From Escherichia coli (GTDB taxonomy: Bacteria; Pseudomonadota; Gammaproteobacteria; Enterobacterales; Enterobacteriaceae): a DNA stretch of 64,000 nt. The DNA lies in NCBI RefSeq assembly GCF_030013205.1, contig NZ_CP122648.1. One strand, written 5' to 3'. Below, piece after piece: positions 1 through 11,132 of the stretch (its first letter is position 1; each line of letters starts with the position of its first letter). The notes under the pieces are model-generated. The model did no database searches. It saw nothing but the letters and a program-made list of their open reading frames with translations, and was not told the origin of the DNA. Position numbers and translations under genes: made by a program.

Positions 1-860
1 ATACCGAACATCAGGATTGCGACCACAATCGTACCGATGATGATCCCCCGATGTACGGCTTTGCTGTCTTTATAAGAGATACAGCGCACCGCAGTATGCG
101 GCAGGCCAATCACGCCAAAACACACCAGCACCCAGAACGACGTCATAAACGCAGGCGACAGAATATCGTCAGCGCCTTGTGGCGTAACCAGTTGCGGATC
201 GATGGTTTGCAGCGTCTCTACCGCATTGCTTAAGCCGCCAGCAGCATGGACCACGCCAATAAGCAGCACAATGGTGCCAATCAGCATCACCAGCCCTTGC
301 ATGGTGTCGTTCAGCACGCTGGCGCGAAAGCCACCAAAGGCGGTGTAGAGCGCAATGCTGATGCCAAAAATCAGCAAACCTGTTTCATAAGGAATACCCG
401 CCGCAGTTTCCAGCAGGCGCGCACCGCCGATAAACTGCACGGTCATCGCACCAACGAACGCAACCAGCAAACTCAAACTCGCCAGCCACACCAGCAGACG
501 ACTCTGGTAGCGGGCAAATAGCATATCGTTCAGCGTCACCGCATTGTAGCGGCGCGCAAGAATCGCGAACTTCTTGCCGAGAATACCGAGCGAAAGCCAG
601 ACCGCAGGAAGCTGAATCATCGCCAGCAATACCCAACCCAGGCCGTATTTATAAGCAGCGCCAGGCCCGCCGATAAACGAACTGGCACTGATATAGGTCG
701 CGGTGAGCGTCATCGCTAGCACAATACCGCCCATAGAGCGGCTACCGAGGAAATACTCATTAAGGAAGGTGCCGGTGCTCCGTTTACGCATCGCATAAAC
801 AGAGATACCGAACACCACCACCAGATAGGCGACCAGCGGTAGAATCACTTCAAGCTGCAT
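1..860 (-). CDS. panF: sodium/pantothenate symporter PanF, N-terminal part (gene continues past window start)
   Basis: Minus-strand reading frame runs off the window edge; translation from the ATG at 860 reads MQLEVILPLVAYLVVVFGISVYAMRKRSTG..., recognised as PanF. The start overlaps the yhdT stop by 11 nt, as recalled for K-12. Confidence 0.9.
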   Translation of the reverse strand, partial: MQLEVILPLVAYLVVVFGISVYAMRKRSTGTFLNEYFLGSRSMGGIVLAMTLTATYISASSFIGGPGAAYKYGLGWVLLAMIQLPAVWLSLGILGKKFAILARRYNAVTLNDMLFARYQSRLLVWLASLSLLVAFVGAMTVQFIGGARLLETAAGIPYETGLLIFGISIALYTAFGGFRASVLNDTMQGLVMLIGTIVLLIGVVHAAGGLSNAVETLQTIDPQLVTPQGADDILSPAFMTSFWVLVCFGVIGLPHTAVRCISYKDSKAVHRGIIIGTIVVAILMFG

Positions 861-1092
861 CGTCATCCTCCAGTGGGATATCGCGATAGATAAATTTCAC
901 CATCGCCCAGCACAGTCCAATAAACAGCAGCGGCGTCAGGATGCAGGCCATCTCAAACCAGCGCGGAAAGCCGGTAAAACCGGGGGCAACGCCAGGTAAG
1001 TAAGCGGCTACTAACCATACCGCCAGATACAAAAGGGTCAGCCCCAGCGCCCAGCGCGCCTCTTTATGGGCCTGAACAAAACGAGTGTCCAC
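850..1092 (-). CDS. yhdT: small inner-membrane protein YhdT (DUF997)
   Basis: The track ORF 850..1110 is trimmed to a GTG at 1092, which sits 9 nt downstream of a perfect AGGAGG (1102-1107, minus strand); this gives 80 aa, the length recalled for K-12 YhdT. Hydrophobic two-helix protein. Confidence 0.8.
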   Translation of the reverse strand: MDTRFVQAHKEARWALGLTLLYLAVWLVAAYLPGVAPGFTGFPRWFEMACILTPLLFIGLCWAMVKFIYRDIPLEDDDAA

Positions 1093-1184
1093 GGAAGGGG
1101 TCCTCCTCATGGGGGGATACGAGAAACGGGCAATTCTACGGCAACTCTTCAGGCAGGGAAAATAATCTGACAGAAAATTGCCGT

Positions 1185-2141
1185 TCAGTGCTGCTGCAAA
1201 AAGTCTTCAATGTCAGCCAGTGAGGATATCCCTTCCATCGGACCTTGCCGCATTACGGCGAGCGCGCCGCTGGCATTTGCATATTGCAGTGCCTTATGTG
1301 CCGGGAAACCGGATAAGAAAAGAGTGATAAACGTTGCGCCAAAGCAGTCGCCTGCACCCGTTGGATCGATAATTTCGATATCGTGGCCTGTAACATGCTG
1401 GGCGTGTAATGTACCGTTTTTAAGCTTGTAATAGCTGGCCCCACGCTGGGCGCGTTTTATCGCCACATGTTTTACGCCGCCGTGGAGAAGATCGCTAACA
1501 ATCTGTTCTTCTGACAGATTTTTGTGACGCGCGAAGAAAGGGAGTTCGCTTTCGCTGGGGATAAAAATATCCGTATATTCAATCAAATAATCGAGAGCCT
1601 GCGCCATTTCAGGAATACTCAGCATCTCTTTGCGAATATTGGGATCGAAAGAAACGGTGCCGCCAGCCGATTTGATCGTCGTTATTGCTTTACGCATGAC
1701 ATCGATCATGCGAAATGAGAACAATGATGAGCCCACAATATGCAGATGGTTACACTGTTTTAGCAGATCCTTATCAATGTGCTCAGCAGTAAACAAACCG
1801 CAGGCGCTGTTAGGGATATTAAAGACGAAATCCCGCTGCTGGGGATTTTGATAACTCACGAATGCCGTACCTGTTACGGCATTGTTCATAACATGGATCC
1901 CATCGGTAATGACACCTTCATGACGGAGACGCTCTATAATGAGTCGGCCAAAATCATCATTACCAACACATCCGAAGAAGATGGCCCGATGGGACAGTTT
2001 TGCCACCTGAGCAGCAAAAATTGCTGGTGCACCGCTGGGAAATGGCCCGATAAACTCCCCAGGCTGAGTGAATTTTTGATGTGGGTTGCGGGACAAAAAC
2101 TCGGCCAGCAATTCGCCCATAGAGCAGATAGTTATTGTCAC
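1185..2141 (-). CDS. PfkB-family carbohydrate kinase, KdgK-like (islet kinase A)
   Basis: ORF 1185..2195; contains the PfkB signature DPTGAGDCFGATF and an N-terminal IGE..E / GPFPSGAPAIF region; paralogous to the kinase at 7676-8638. Start chosen as the GTG at 2141 preceded by AGAGGGG; the upstream ATG at 2195 would overlap the regulator gene by 44 nt. Confidence 0.8.
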   Translation of the reverse strand: MTITICSMGELLAEFLSRNPHQKFTQPGEFIGPFPSGAPAIFAAQVAKLSHRAIFFGCVGNDDFGRLIIERLRHEGVITDGIHVMNNAVTGTAFVSYQNPQQRDFVFNIPNSACGLFTAEHIDKDLLKQCNHLHIVGSSLFSFRMIDVMRKAITTIKSAGGTVSFDPNIRKEMLSIPEMAQALDYLIEYTDIFIPSESELPFFARHKNLSEEQIVSDLLHGGVKHVAIKRAQRGASYYKLKNGTLHAQHVTGHDIEIIDPTGAGDCFGATFITLFLSGFPAHKALQYANASGALAVMRQGPMEGISSLADIEDFLQQH

Positions 2142-2151
2142 AAAACCCCTC

Positions 2152-2982
2152 TCATTCCTGAAGCCTCTCGCGATTGGACCAAGTAAAGCACTCATTACTG
2201 GTATAAAGGATAACGAAATCAGCCGACTGCAATTGTTGCTGATATTGTTCGTTAATGCTGCGGCTGACGATCACATTTTCTGCCTGATGCAAATGCCCGA
2301 TAGCAGCCGTTGATGGCGCAGGATCGGCGGCAACGATAACTGTCTTATTCTGGGCATGATCGAAACAGAGCTGCCAGGCAGCGGCAAGTCTGGGAACGTT
2401 GATATTTAAAGTACCATCAGCATCCAGATGGCTGATTTCCAGAATGCTGTGTGTAATGGTGAAATGCTGAAGTGCCTGTTCGAGCGGTTTTCCGGCCAGT
2501 GCGGTGTCGGGGCGCAGCATTTCACTGCCAGCCAGTATTATTTCGCCATCAATAAACTGATTTGCCAGCAGCGCATGTTCGGGATCGTTGGTGATCAGAC
2601 GCAGTTTTTTCACTTCGCTGAGCAAGGGAATGATCTTACGACAGATTGTCCCATGTCCAAGAAATAGCGTGTCACGATCCCGAATTAACCGTGCGCAATG
2701 TCGTGCTATTTCCATTTGTTGTGCCAGAGACAATGGCGCGATCGGTTGTATCGCTTCTGGTTCAGAGGAGAGTGGTGTCGCAATAGCACCGCCAAATGAT
2801 CGCTTTAAATATCCCTGTTGCTCCAGATAACTGAGATCGCCGCGGATCGTCACGCCAGAGACACCAAGTTGCGCAGATAAGTCATCAACTTTGATTTCAC
2901 CCTGGGCGGCAACAATTTCTGCAATTTTTAATCTGCGTTTCAGTAGGTTAGACGATTTTCTCGGCACGTTAACACTCTTCAT
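2152..2982 (-). CDS. DeoR-family transcriptional regulator (HTH plus sugar-phosphate-binding domain)
   Basis: 276-aa ORF; N-terminal segment RLKIAEIVAAQGEIKVDDLSAQLGVSGVTIRGDLSYLEQQGYLKRSFGGA resembles the DeoR/GlpR/AgaR HTH; co-directional with and immediately upstream of kinase A. Confidence 0.8.
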   Translation of the reverse strand: MKSVNVPRKSSNLLKRRLKIAEIVAAQGEIKVDDLSAQLGVSGVTIRGDLSYLEQQGYLKRSFGGAIATPLSSEPEAIQPIAPLSLAQQMEIARHCARLIRDRDTLFLGHGTICRKIIPLLSEVKKLRLITNDPEHALLANQFIDGEIILAGSEMLRPDTALAGKPLEQALQHFTITHSILEISHLDADGTLNINVPRLAAAWQLCFDHAQNKTVIVAADPAPSTAAIGHLHQAENVIVSRSINEQYQQQLQSADFVILYTSNECFTWSNRERLQE

Positions 2983-4178
<1,196 letters not shown>

Positions 4179-4213
4179 GACGTTGTACCCTACAAAAACA
4201 ATGAGGATTGTTT

Positions 4214-5104
4214 ATGAAAAATATTAAATTACTTGGTTCAGCTATGTTGGTGAGCCTGGCATTGTTCTCGCCAAGTTCGTTGGCAAAAGAGTATAAAATT
4301 GGTGCGTCATTATTAACACAGCAACATCCTTTCTATATCGATCTTGCGAATGCCATGAAAGAAGAGGCAAAAAAAGACAATGTCAATTTAAGTGTCTCTA
4401 TTGCCAATCAGGATTTAAACAAACAACTTTCTGATGTTGAGGATTTTATTACTAAAAAAGTGGATGCCATTATTATCTCTCCGGTCGATTCGAAAGGCGT
4501 CCAGGCGGCGATAATTAAAGCCGATAAGGCCGGTATTCCCGTTATCACCGTCGACGTTGCTGCGGAAGGCGTTCCGGTCGTATCGCACGTTGCGACCGAT
4601 AACTATGCGGGAGGCGTTGAAGCAGGCAAGTTAATGGGCAAACTTTTGAATGGTAAAGGTACTGTAGCCATTATTTCTTATCCGGCACTACAATCGGTGG
4701 TTGCGCGCGTTGATGGTTTTAAGAAAGGGTTAAGCGAGACACCGGATATTAGAATTGTTGCTGAACAGCCTGGTATTACGCGGGCTGAAGCGTTAACGAC
4801 TGCGCAAAACATTATGCAGGCCAACGCCAACCTGAATGGTCTGTTTGGCTTTGGTGATGATGCGGCGTTGGCAGCGGTTATCGCAGCGAAATCTGCGCAT
4901 AACGACAACATCAAAATCATTGGTTTTGACGGCATGAAAGAAGCGCGTGATGCCGTTGACAGTGAAAAAACGTTTGCGGCCGTGATTCGGCAATATCCCG
5001 ATCAAATGGGTGCTAAAGCCATTGATGCCGCTGTTGATCACCTCAATGGTAAACCGGTAGAAAAAATGATCCCGGTACAACCCGGCGTTTATACAGGTAA
5101 ATAG
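4214..5104 (+). CDS. periplasmic sugar-binding protein of an ABC importer (RbsB-like)
   Basis: ORF 4208..5104 trimmed to the ATG at 4214 (GAGGA RBS at 4203-4207); N-terminal signal peptide MKNIKLLGSAMLVSLALFSPSSLA; overall resemblance to ribose-binding protein. Confidence 0.8.
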   Translation: MKNIKLLGSAMLVSLALFSPSSLAKEYKIGASLLTQQHPFYIDLANAMKEEAKKDNVNLSVSIANQDLNKQLSDVEDFITKKVDAIIISPVDSKGVQAAIIKADKAGIPVITVDVAAEGVPVVSHVATDNYAGGVEAGKLMGKLLNGKGTVAIISYPALQSVVARVDGFKKGLSETPDIRIVAEQPGITRAEALTTAQNIMQANANLNGLFGFGDDAALAAVIAAKSAHNDNIKIIGFDGMKEARDAVDSEKTFAAVIRQYPDQMGAKAIDAAVDHLNGKPVEKMIPVQPGVYTGK

Positions 5105-5164
5105 TAAACATCTTCACCTCACAACAAAACGTTATTGGCGTTTTGTTGTGACACCGAGGTCATT

Positions 5165-6664
5165 ATGACGGATGTTATTCTTGATGTTTCGCATATTGCG
5201 AAGACATTTGGTCATGTTCAGGCATTAAAAGATATTACCCTCTCTTTACGTAAAGGGCGGGTGCATACTTTATTAGGCGAGAATGGTGCCGGTAAATCGA
5301 CATTAATGAAAATACTCGCTGGTGTTTATCCGCCAACCCAGGGAACGATAATACTACGTGGTGAAACCATCACCATTAATAATCCGCAGCATTCTCGCCA
5401 GTTAGGGATTGCGATTATTTTTCAGGAACTGAGCCTGAGTAATAATATGACCGTGGCGGAAAATATTTATGCCAATAATGAACCGCGACGTTTTGGCATT
5501 ATTAACGATAAAAAAATGCTCGCAGATTGCCAGAATCTCCTCGCGGAACTGGGCATCCCACTGGATCCGCTGGAAATGGTCGGCAATATGTCGATGGCAC
5601 ATAGGCAACTGGTAGAAATTGCCAAAGCCTTAAGCTATGCAGCGGATGTCGTGATTATGGATGAACCGACATCTTCGCTAAGTGATAATGAAGCAGAGAT
5701 TCTGTTTAACATTATTGAAAAATTAAAGCAGCGAGGCTGTGCGGTTATTTATATCTCTCATCGCATGGATGAAATTATGCGGATTTCAGATGATATTTCG
5801 GTGATCCGCGACGGTGAGTATATCGCCACGCATGAAAAGAAAAACAGTGATATCCAGCATTTGATTGCCCAAATGGTTGGTCGGGAAATGAAAAATATTT
5901 GGCCAGCACGTCTTGGGGAAAAACCGGATGAAAATGTTCCTGCAAAACTGGAAGTAAAAAATCTTTCCCATCCTTCGCTTTTTAAAGAGGTCAGTTTCGC
6001 TGTGCGTCCGGGGGAGGTCCTCGGATTTTTTGGCCTGGTGGGGGCCGGGCGTTCCGATGTGATGAAGGCGCTATTTGGCCTCGTTTCGTATCAGGGGACT
6101 GTGTTGATTGATGGTAAGGAAGTCAGGATCGCTAATCCCAAACAGGCTATTGATCATGGCATTGCTTTTGTGACCGAAAACCGCAAGGAAGAAGGGTTAG
6201 TGCTGATGCACGACGTCAATATGAACACGCACCATGTGGCGTTTCAATATAACGCTTCGCGGATGGGACTCATTAATCACCGACAAGAAGAGGCGAAGAC
6301 GCTGCAATCAATTGCCAGAATGAACACTAAAGTGAGTTCTGTACATCAGGCAGTGGGAGCGCTGAGCGGCGGTAATCAACAGAAAATCGTGTTATCGAAG
6401 TGGCTGGAGAAAACTCCGCGTATTTTATTGCTCGATGAGCCAACGCGCGGAGTGGATGTCGGCGCAAAATTTGAAATCTATAACGTGATACGTCAACTGG
6501 CTGCGGCAGGGACAGCAATTATTCTGGTGTCCTCTGAACTGCCAGAAGTCATGGCACTTAGCGATCGTCTGGTGGTAATGCGTAATAAAACGATTGCCGA
6601 TATTTATTCATGTGAAAATTTAACGCAGACACAGGTAATGACCGCTGCAACAGGAGTACGTTAA
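5165..6664 (+). CDS. sugar ABC transporter ATP-binding protein with two fused ABC domains (RbsA/MglA-like)
   Basis: ORF 5135..6664 trimmed to the ATG at 5165 (GAGGT upstream). First Walker A GENGAGKST; second domain has LSGGNQQK signature and LLLDEPTRGVD Walker B. Confidence 0.85.
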   Translation: MTDVILDVSHIAKTFGHVQALKDITLSLRKGRVHTLLGENGAGKSTLMKILAGVYPPTQGTIILRGETITINNPQHSRQLGIAIIFQELSLSNNMTVAENIYANNEPRRFGIINDKKMLADCQNLLAELGIPLDPLEMVGNMSMAHRQLVEIAKALSYAADVVIMDEPTSSLSDNEAEILFNIIEKLKQRGCAVIYISHRMDEIMRISDDISVIRDGEYIATHEKKNSDIQHLIAQMVGREMKNIWPARLGEKPDENVPAKLEVKNLSHPSLFKEVSFAVRPGEVLGFFGLVGAGRSDVMKALFGLVSYQGTVLIDGKEVRIANPKQAIDHGIAFVTENRKEEGLVLMHDVNMNTHHVAFQYNASRMGLINHRQEEAKTLQSIARMNTKVSSVHQAVGALSGGNQQKIVLSKWLEKTPRILLLDEPTRGVDVGAKFEIYNVIRQLAAAGTAIILVSSELPEVMALSDRLVVMRNKTIADIYSCENLTQTQVMTAATGVR

Positions 6665-7654
6665 ATGACAGAGAAAACTCTTGCCAGTCCGAAACCTTCG
6701 GAAATTCCCATTGCAAATAATTTTAAAAAAGTCTTCAGGCAATATGGCGGTATCCTCAGTGGAATGGTGGTGTTAATCATTCTGTTCAGTTTTATTAATG
6801 ACAGTTTTTTTACCGCCAATAACATTACTAATATTATTCTTCAGGTTTCGATAATTGCAATTACCGCCTATGGAATGACTTATGTACTTTTGCTTGGCGA
6901 TATTGATTTATCGGTTGGTTCAACCATTGCATTGATTGGCACATTTGCTGCGCTTGGGGCTTCATGGGGAATTCCATTTATTTTATTGGTCCCATTATCC
7001 ATTATTGCAGCACTGGCTCTGGGGATGATAAATGGTGGCTTGACGGCTATAGCGGGGATCCCGTCGTTTATTGTCACCGTTGCTACTATGGGGATCTTCC
7101 GTGGTATCGCTTATATAGTGACCGATGGTATGCCCATCATGATTAAAGATGATGCCTTTCTGGCGCTGGGGAATGAAGAATTTCTCTATATACCTATTCC
7201 TATCTGGATATTAATCATCTTATTGCTGATTAACCACTTCATTCTTACTAAAACAACCTTTGGACGAAAAATTTATATCACTGGTGGTAATAAAGAAGCG
7301 GCAGTTTATTCAGGGATAAATGTCACCCGCTTGAAAATTAAAGTCTTTATGATTACAGCCGTGCTGGCAGGTATCAGCGGGATGATCCTCGCGTCACGCC
7401 TCTATTCCGGGCAACCGAATTCCGCGTTGAGCTACGAACTGGATGCTATTGCTGCGGCTGTACTGGGAGGCACCAGCCTGAACGGCGGCTATGGAACCGT
7501 GGTGGGGACGGTGATCGGCGCATTAACCATCGGCGTTATTAATAATGGCATGAACTTAATGAATGTTCCCTATTTTTACCAGATGGTGGTTAAAGGATTA
7601 GTCATTCTTGTAGCCGTTTATTTTGACGTAAGAAATAAAAGAAAACGCAGCTAA
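6665..7654 (+). CDS. sugar ABC transporter permease (RbsC-like, single membrane component)
   Basis: 329-aa highly hydrophobic ORF starting 1 nt after the ATPase stop; consistent with a monosaccharide ABC permease. Confidence 0.85.
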   Translation: MTEKTLASPKPSEIPIANNFKKVFRQYGGILSGMVVLIILFSFINDSFFTANNITNIILQVSIIAITAYGMTYVLLLGDIDLSVGSTIALIGTFAALGASWGIPFILLVPLSIIAALALGMINGGLTAIAGIPSFIVTVATMGIFRGIAYIVTDGMPIMIKDDAFLALGNEEFLYIPIPIWILIILLLINHFILTKTTFGRKIYITGGNKEAAVYSGINVTRLKIKVFMITAVLAGISGMILASRLYSGQPNSALSYELDAIAAAVLGGTSLNGGYGTVVGTVIGALTIGVINNGMNLMNVPYFYQMVVKGLVILVAVYFDVRNKRKRS

Positions 7655-7675
7655 TCATTTCAAGGAATTAATCAT

Positions 7676-8638
7676 ATGAGTAAGGTCTTCACAATTGGAG
7701 AAATTCTGGTTGAAATTATGGCGAGTAAAATCGGCCAGCCATTTGATCAACCAGGTATCTGGAACGGCCCTTATCCCAGTGGCGCACCCGCTATTTTTAT
7801 CGACCAGGTGACACGTCTTGGCGTTCCGTGCGGCATCATTAGCTGTGTGGGGAATGATGGCTTTGGTGATATTAATATACATCGTCTGGCTGCTGACGGT
7901 GTGGATATCAGGGGGATTTCAGTCTTACCTTTGGAAGCTACCGGGAGTGCCTTTGTTACTTATCATAACTCTGGCGATCGCGATTTTATTTTTAATATCA
8001 AGAATGCCGCTTGCGGTAAATTATCGGCGCAGCATGTTGATGAAAATATTCTGAAGGACTGTACCCATTTTCATATTATGGGTTCATCCCTGTTTTCATT
8101 CCATATGGTAGACGCAGTAAAGAAAGCGGTAACCATTGTAAAAGAGAATGGTGGCGTTATTTCTTTTGACCCTAATATTCGGAAAGAGATGCTCGATATT
8201 CCAGAAATGCGTGACGCCCTCCACTTTGTTCTTGAGTTAACAGATATCTATATGCCCAGCGAGGGAGAAGTGTTGCTCTTGTCGCCACACTCGACACCGG
8301 AGCGTGCAATCGCTGGTTTTCTTGAAGAAGGTGTTAAAGAGGTGATTGTGAAGCGCGGCAATCAAGGTGCCAGTTACTACTCCGCGAATGAGCAGTTTCA
8401 TGTTGAGAGCTATCCGGTGGAAGAAGTTGACCCGACTGGTGCGGGAGACTGTTTTGGTGGCGCGTGGATTGCCTGCCGCCAGCTAGGGTTTGACGCCCAT
8501 CGGGCATTACAATATGCCAACGCCTGCGGTGCACTGGCGGTAACCCGACGTGGCCCAATGGAGGGAACGTCTCGCCTTGCGGAAATCGAAGCGTTCATCC
8601 AGCGCCATGACATGTCCATTCGGGAAGCAGCACAATGA
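7676..8638 (+). CDS. PfkB-family carbohydrate kinase, KdgK-like (islet kinase B)
   Basis: 320-aa ORF; N-terminus MSKVFTIGEILVEIMA and GPYPSGAPAIF, C-terminal DPTGAGDCFGG signature; shares long identical stretches with kinase A (e.g. SFDPNIRKEML.IPEM, MGSSLFSF). Confidence 0.85.
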   Translation: MSKVFTIGEILVEIMASKIGQPFDQPGIWNGPYPSGAPAIFIDQVTRLGVPCGIISCVGNDGFGDINIHRLAADGVDIRGISVLPLEATGSAFVTYHNSGDRDFIFNIKNAACGKLSAQHVDENILKDCTHFHIMGSSLFSFHMVDAVKKAVTIVKENGGVISFDPNIRKEMLDIPEMRDALHFVLELTDIYMPSEGEVLLLSPHSTPERAIAGFLEEGVKEVIVKRGNQGASYYSANEQFHVESYPVEEVDPTGAGDCFGGAWIACRQLGFDAHRALQYANACGALAVTRRGPMEGTSRLAEIEAFIQRHDMSIREAAQ

Positions 8639-9681
8639 AAAACGAAATTTGGTCGTGGATTGGCGATCTCTCGCAGGTTGCCGGAATTAAACACTATGAG
8701 TTACGTAGTGGCAGAGCAAAGGGGACAGAAGCGTTTGATGTCCGTACTGGTGCGGGACTGGCATTTACGGTGGTAAAAGATCGCGCGCTGGATATTGCAT
8801 GGGCCAGCTACAAGGACACTGCGCTCTCTTTTATCACCCCCAACGGCATTGTCGCCCCCGCTTTTTTTGAGTCTCATGGCAACGGGTTTTTACGTAGCTT
8901 CTACGCGGGGTTACTGACTACCTGCGGACTTAGCTACATTGGCACGCCCTGTGAGGATGACGGAGAAACGCTGGGGTTACACGGGCGTTTGGCTGCGACT
9001 CCAGCAGAAGAGGTGGGGTATCGCACAGAACGGACCGACGACGGCATTGAATTTGTCATCAATGGCAAAGTACGGGAAACACGATTGTTCGGTGAAAATC
9101 TGACGCTGGAAAGGACCATTCGCTGCCGTTATGGCGAAAATGTGCTGCGCATTGAAGACAAGGTGACTAATCATGGTTTCACCCGCCAGCCGCTGCAAAT
9201 TCTTTATCACTTTAATTACGGCTGGCCTTTATTATCGCCACAGGCAGAAATCTTGCTGTCGGCTAAAAGCGTAACGCCACGAACCCCGCATGCGGCGGAA
9301 GGGTTAACCAGTCATCTGGAGATTTGTACCCCACAGCCCGGTTTTGACGAGCAAGTTTACTATCTCACGTTGAATAGCGACAGTCAGGGGATGAGTAAAG
9401 TTGCGCTGGTGAACGCCGAACTGGGGTGGGGAATTTACGAGAAATTCGACACCATGCAGCTACCCAACTTTATCCAGTGGAAAAATTTAGGCGCGGGTGA
9501 ATATGTTATGGGGCTGGAGGTCAGCAATAGTTTTCCTGACGGTCGTGATAAAGAACGAGCGCAGGGGCGTCTGCCCTTTATAGAGCCAGGGGAAACAAAG
9601 ACATACTGCTTTGAGCTGGGAATTGTTGATGGCGATGCTGAAATTAGCGCGTTGAAAGCGGAAATTGCAAGCTACCGTTAG
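8635..9681 (+). CDS. galactose-mutarotase-like (aldose-1-epimerase superfamily, possibly DUF4432) protein of unknown function
   Basis: 348-aa ORF whose ATG overlaps the kinase B stop (ATGA). Contains a YHFNYGWP motif; the family assignment is from pattern memory and is not verified. Confidence 0.6.
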   Translation: MKNEIWSWIGDLSQVAGIKHYELRSGRAKGTEAFDVRTGAGLAFTVVKDRALDIAWASYKDTALSFITPNGIVAPAFFESHGNGFLRSFYAGLLTTCGLSYIGTPCEDDGETLGLHGRLAATPAEEVGYRTERTDDGIEFVINGKVRETRLFGENLTLERTIRCRYGENVLRIEDKVTNHGFTRQPLQILYHFNYGWPLLSPQAEILLSAKSVTPRTPHAAEGLTSHLEICTPQPGFDEQVYYLTLNSDSQGMSKVALVNAELGWGIYEKFDTMQLPNFIQWKNLGAGEYVMGLEVSNSFPDGRDKERAQGRLPFIEPGETKTYCFELGIVDGDAEISALKAEIASYR

Positions 9682-9697
9682 CTAACGGCAATAAAAA

Positions 9698-9724
9698 CGC
9701 CGGGCAGCGTTAACAGGCCCGGCG
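9698..9724. terminator. GC-rich hairpin in the convergent gap between the islet and accC
   Basis: Inverted repeat CGCCGGGC / GCCCGGCG around a short loop, lying between the stop of the mutarotase-like gene (9681) and the stop of accC (9773). Confidence 0.5.
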
Positions 9725-9772
9725 TTGATTACGTTCTTTGCTAAGCGCGATGAAAACACCGCGCGTCACAAA

Positions 9773-11122
9773 TTATTTTTCCTGAAGACCGAGTTTTTTC
9801 TCCAGATAGTGGATATTAGTACCACCATGCTGGAAGTTCTCGTCATTCATGATGCGGATCTGCAGATCAACGTTGGTTTTGATACCGTCGATGATCAGCT
9901 CCTGCAGCGCATTCTTCATGCGGGCAATCGCCACGTCACGGTTTTCACCGTAGCAAATCAGCTTACCGATCATTGAGTCATAGTACGGCGGTACGGTGTA
10001 GCCCGCGTAGATATGAGACTCCCAACGTACGCCAAAACCGCCAGGTGCGTGGAAACGGGTGATTTTGCCCGGACTTGGCAGGAAGGTGTTCGGATCTTCG
10101 GCGTTGATACGACATTCCACCGCATGGCCGCGAACGTGAACTTCTTCTTGCTTGATCGACAGCGGTTGACCGGCAGCGATACGCAGCTGTTCTTTGATCA
10201 GGTCAACGCCGGTGATCATTTCGGTAACCGGATGTTCTACCTGAATACGGGTGTTCATTTCGATGAAATAGAACTCGCCGTTTTCGAACAGGAACTCGAA
10301 AGTACCTGCACCGCGATAGCCGATATCAACACACGCTTTAGCGCAACGTTCGCCGATGTAGCGACGCAGTTCCGGGGTAATGCCCGGTGCTGGTGCTTCT
10401 TCGACCACTTTCTGGTGGCGGCGCTGCATGGAGCAGTCACGTTCCGCCAGATAGATAGCGTTGCCCTGACCGTCAGCCAGTACCTGAATCTCGACGTGGC
10501 GAGGATTTTCCAGGTATTTCTCCATGTAAACCATATCGTTGCTGAAAGCAGCTTTCGCTTCCGCACGGGTCATGGAGATGGATTGTGCCAGTTCAGCGTC
10601 GCCACGCACTACGCGCATACCGCGACCGCCGCCGCCGCCGGAGGCTTTGATAATCACCGGATAACCAATGCGTTTAGCAATGGCGCGGTTTTTATCCATA
10701 TCGTCGCCCAGCGGGCCGTCAGAACCCGGTACGCAAGGAACGCCTGCTTTTTTCATCGCCGCGATTGCGGATACTTTGTCGCCCATCAGGCGAATGGTTT
10801 CTGCTTTCGGGCCAATGAAGATAAAGCCGGAGCGCTCAACCTGCTCGGCAAAGTTGGCGTTCTCGGAGAGGAAGCCGTAACCCGGATGGATTGCTACTGC
10901 GCCGGTGATTTCAGCGGCGCTGATGATTGCCGGGATGTTCAGATAACTTTTTACTGACGGAGCAGGGCCGATACAGACCGTTTCATCTGCCAGTAATACG
11001 TGTTTTAGATCGCGATCCGCGCTGGAGTGTACAGCGACAGTCTTGATGCCCAGTTCTTTACAGGCACGAAGAATACGCAATGCAATCTCGCCGCGGTTGG
11101 CAATAACAATTTTATCCAGCAT
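9773..11122 (-). CDS. accC: biotin carboxylase subunit of acetyl-CoA carboxylase
   Basis: ORF 9773..11161 trimmed to [33 protein letters not shown]... (449 aa), the AccC sequence. Confidence 0.95.
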
Positions 11123-11132
11123 GTTCGCCTCG

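Noticed and set aside
10013-10957. 314-aa plus-strand ORF, plus many similar long frames listed in the track (e.g. 16093-16611, 17298-17918, 21260-21913, 24162-24731, 52048-52524, 54061-54795)
   Set aside because: Each lies entirely antisense to or out of frame within a confidently identified gene (accC, mreB, mreC, yhdP, gltB), lacks a ribosome-binding site, and has the skewed composition typical of shadow frames in GC-rich coding DNA.
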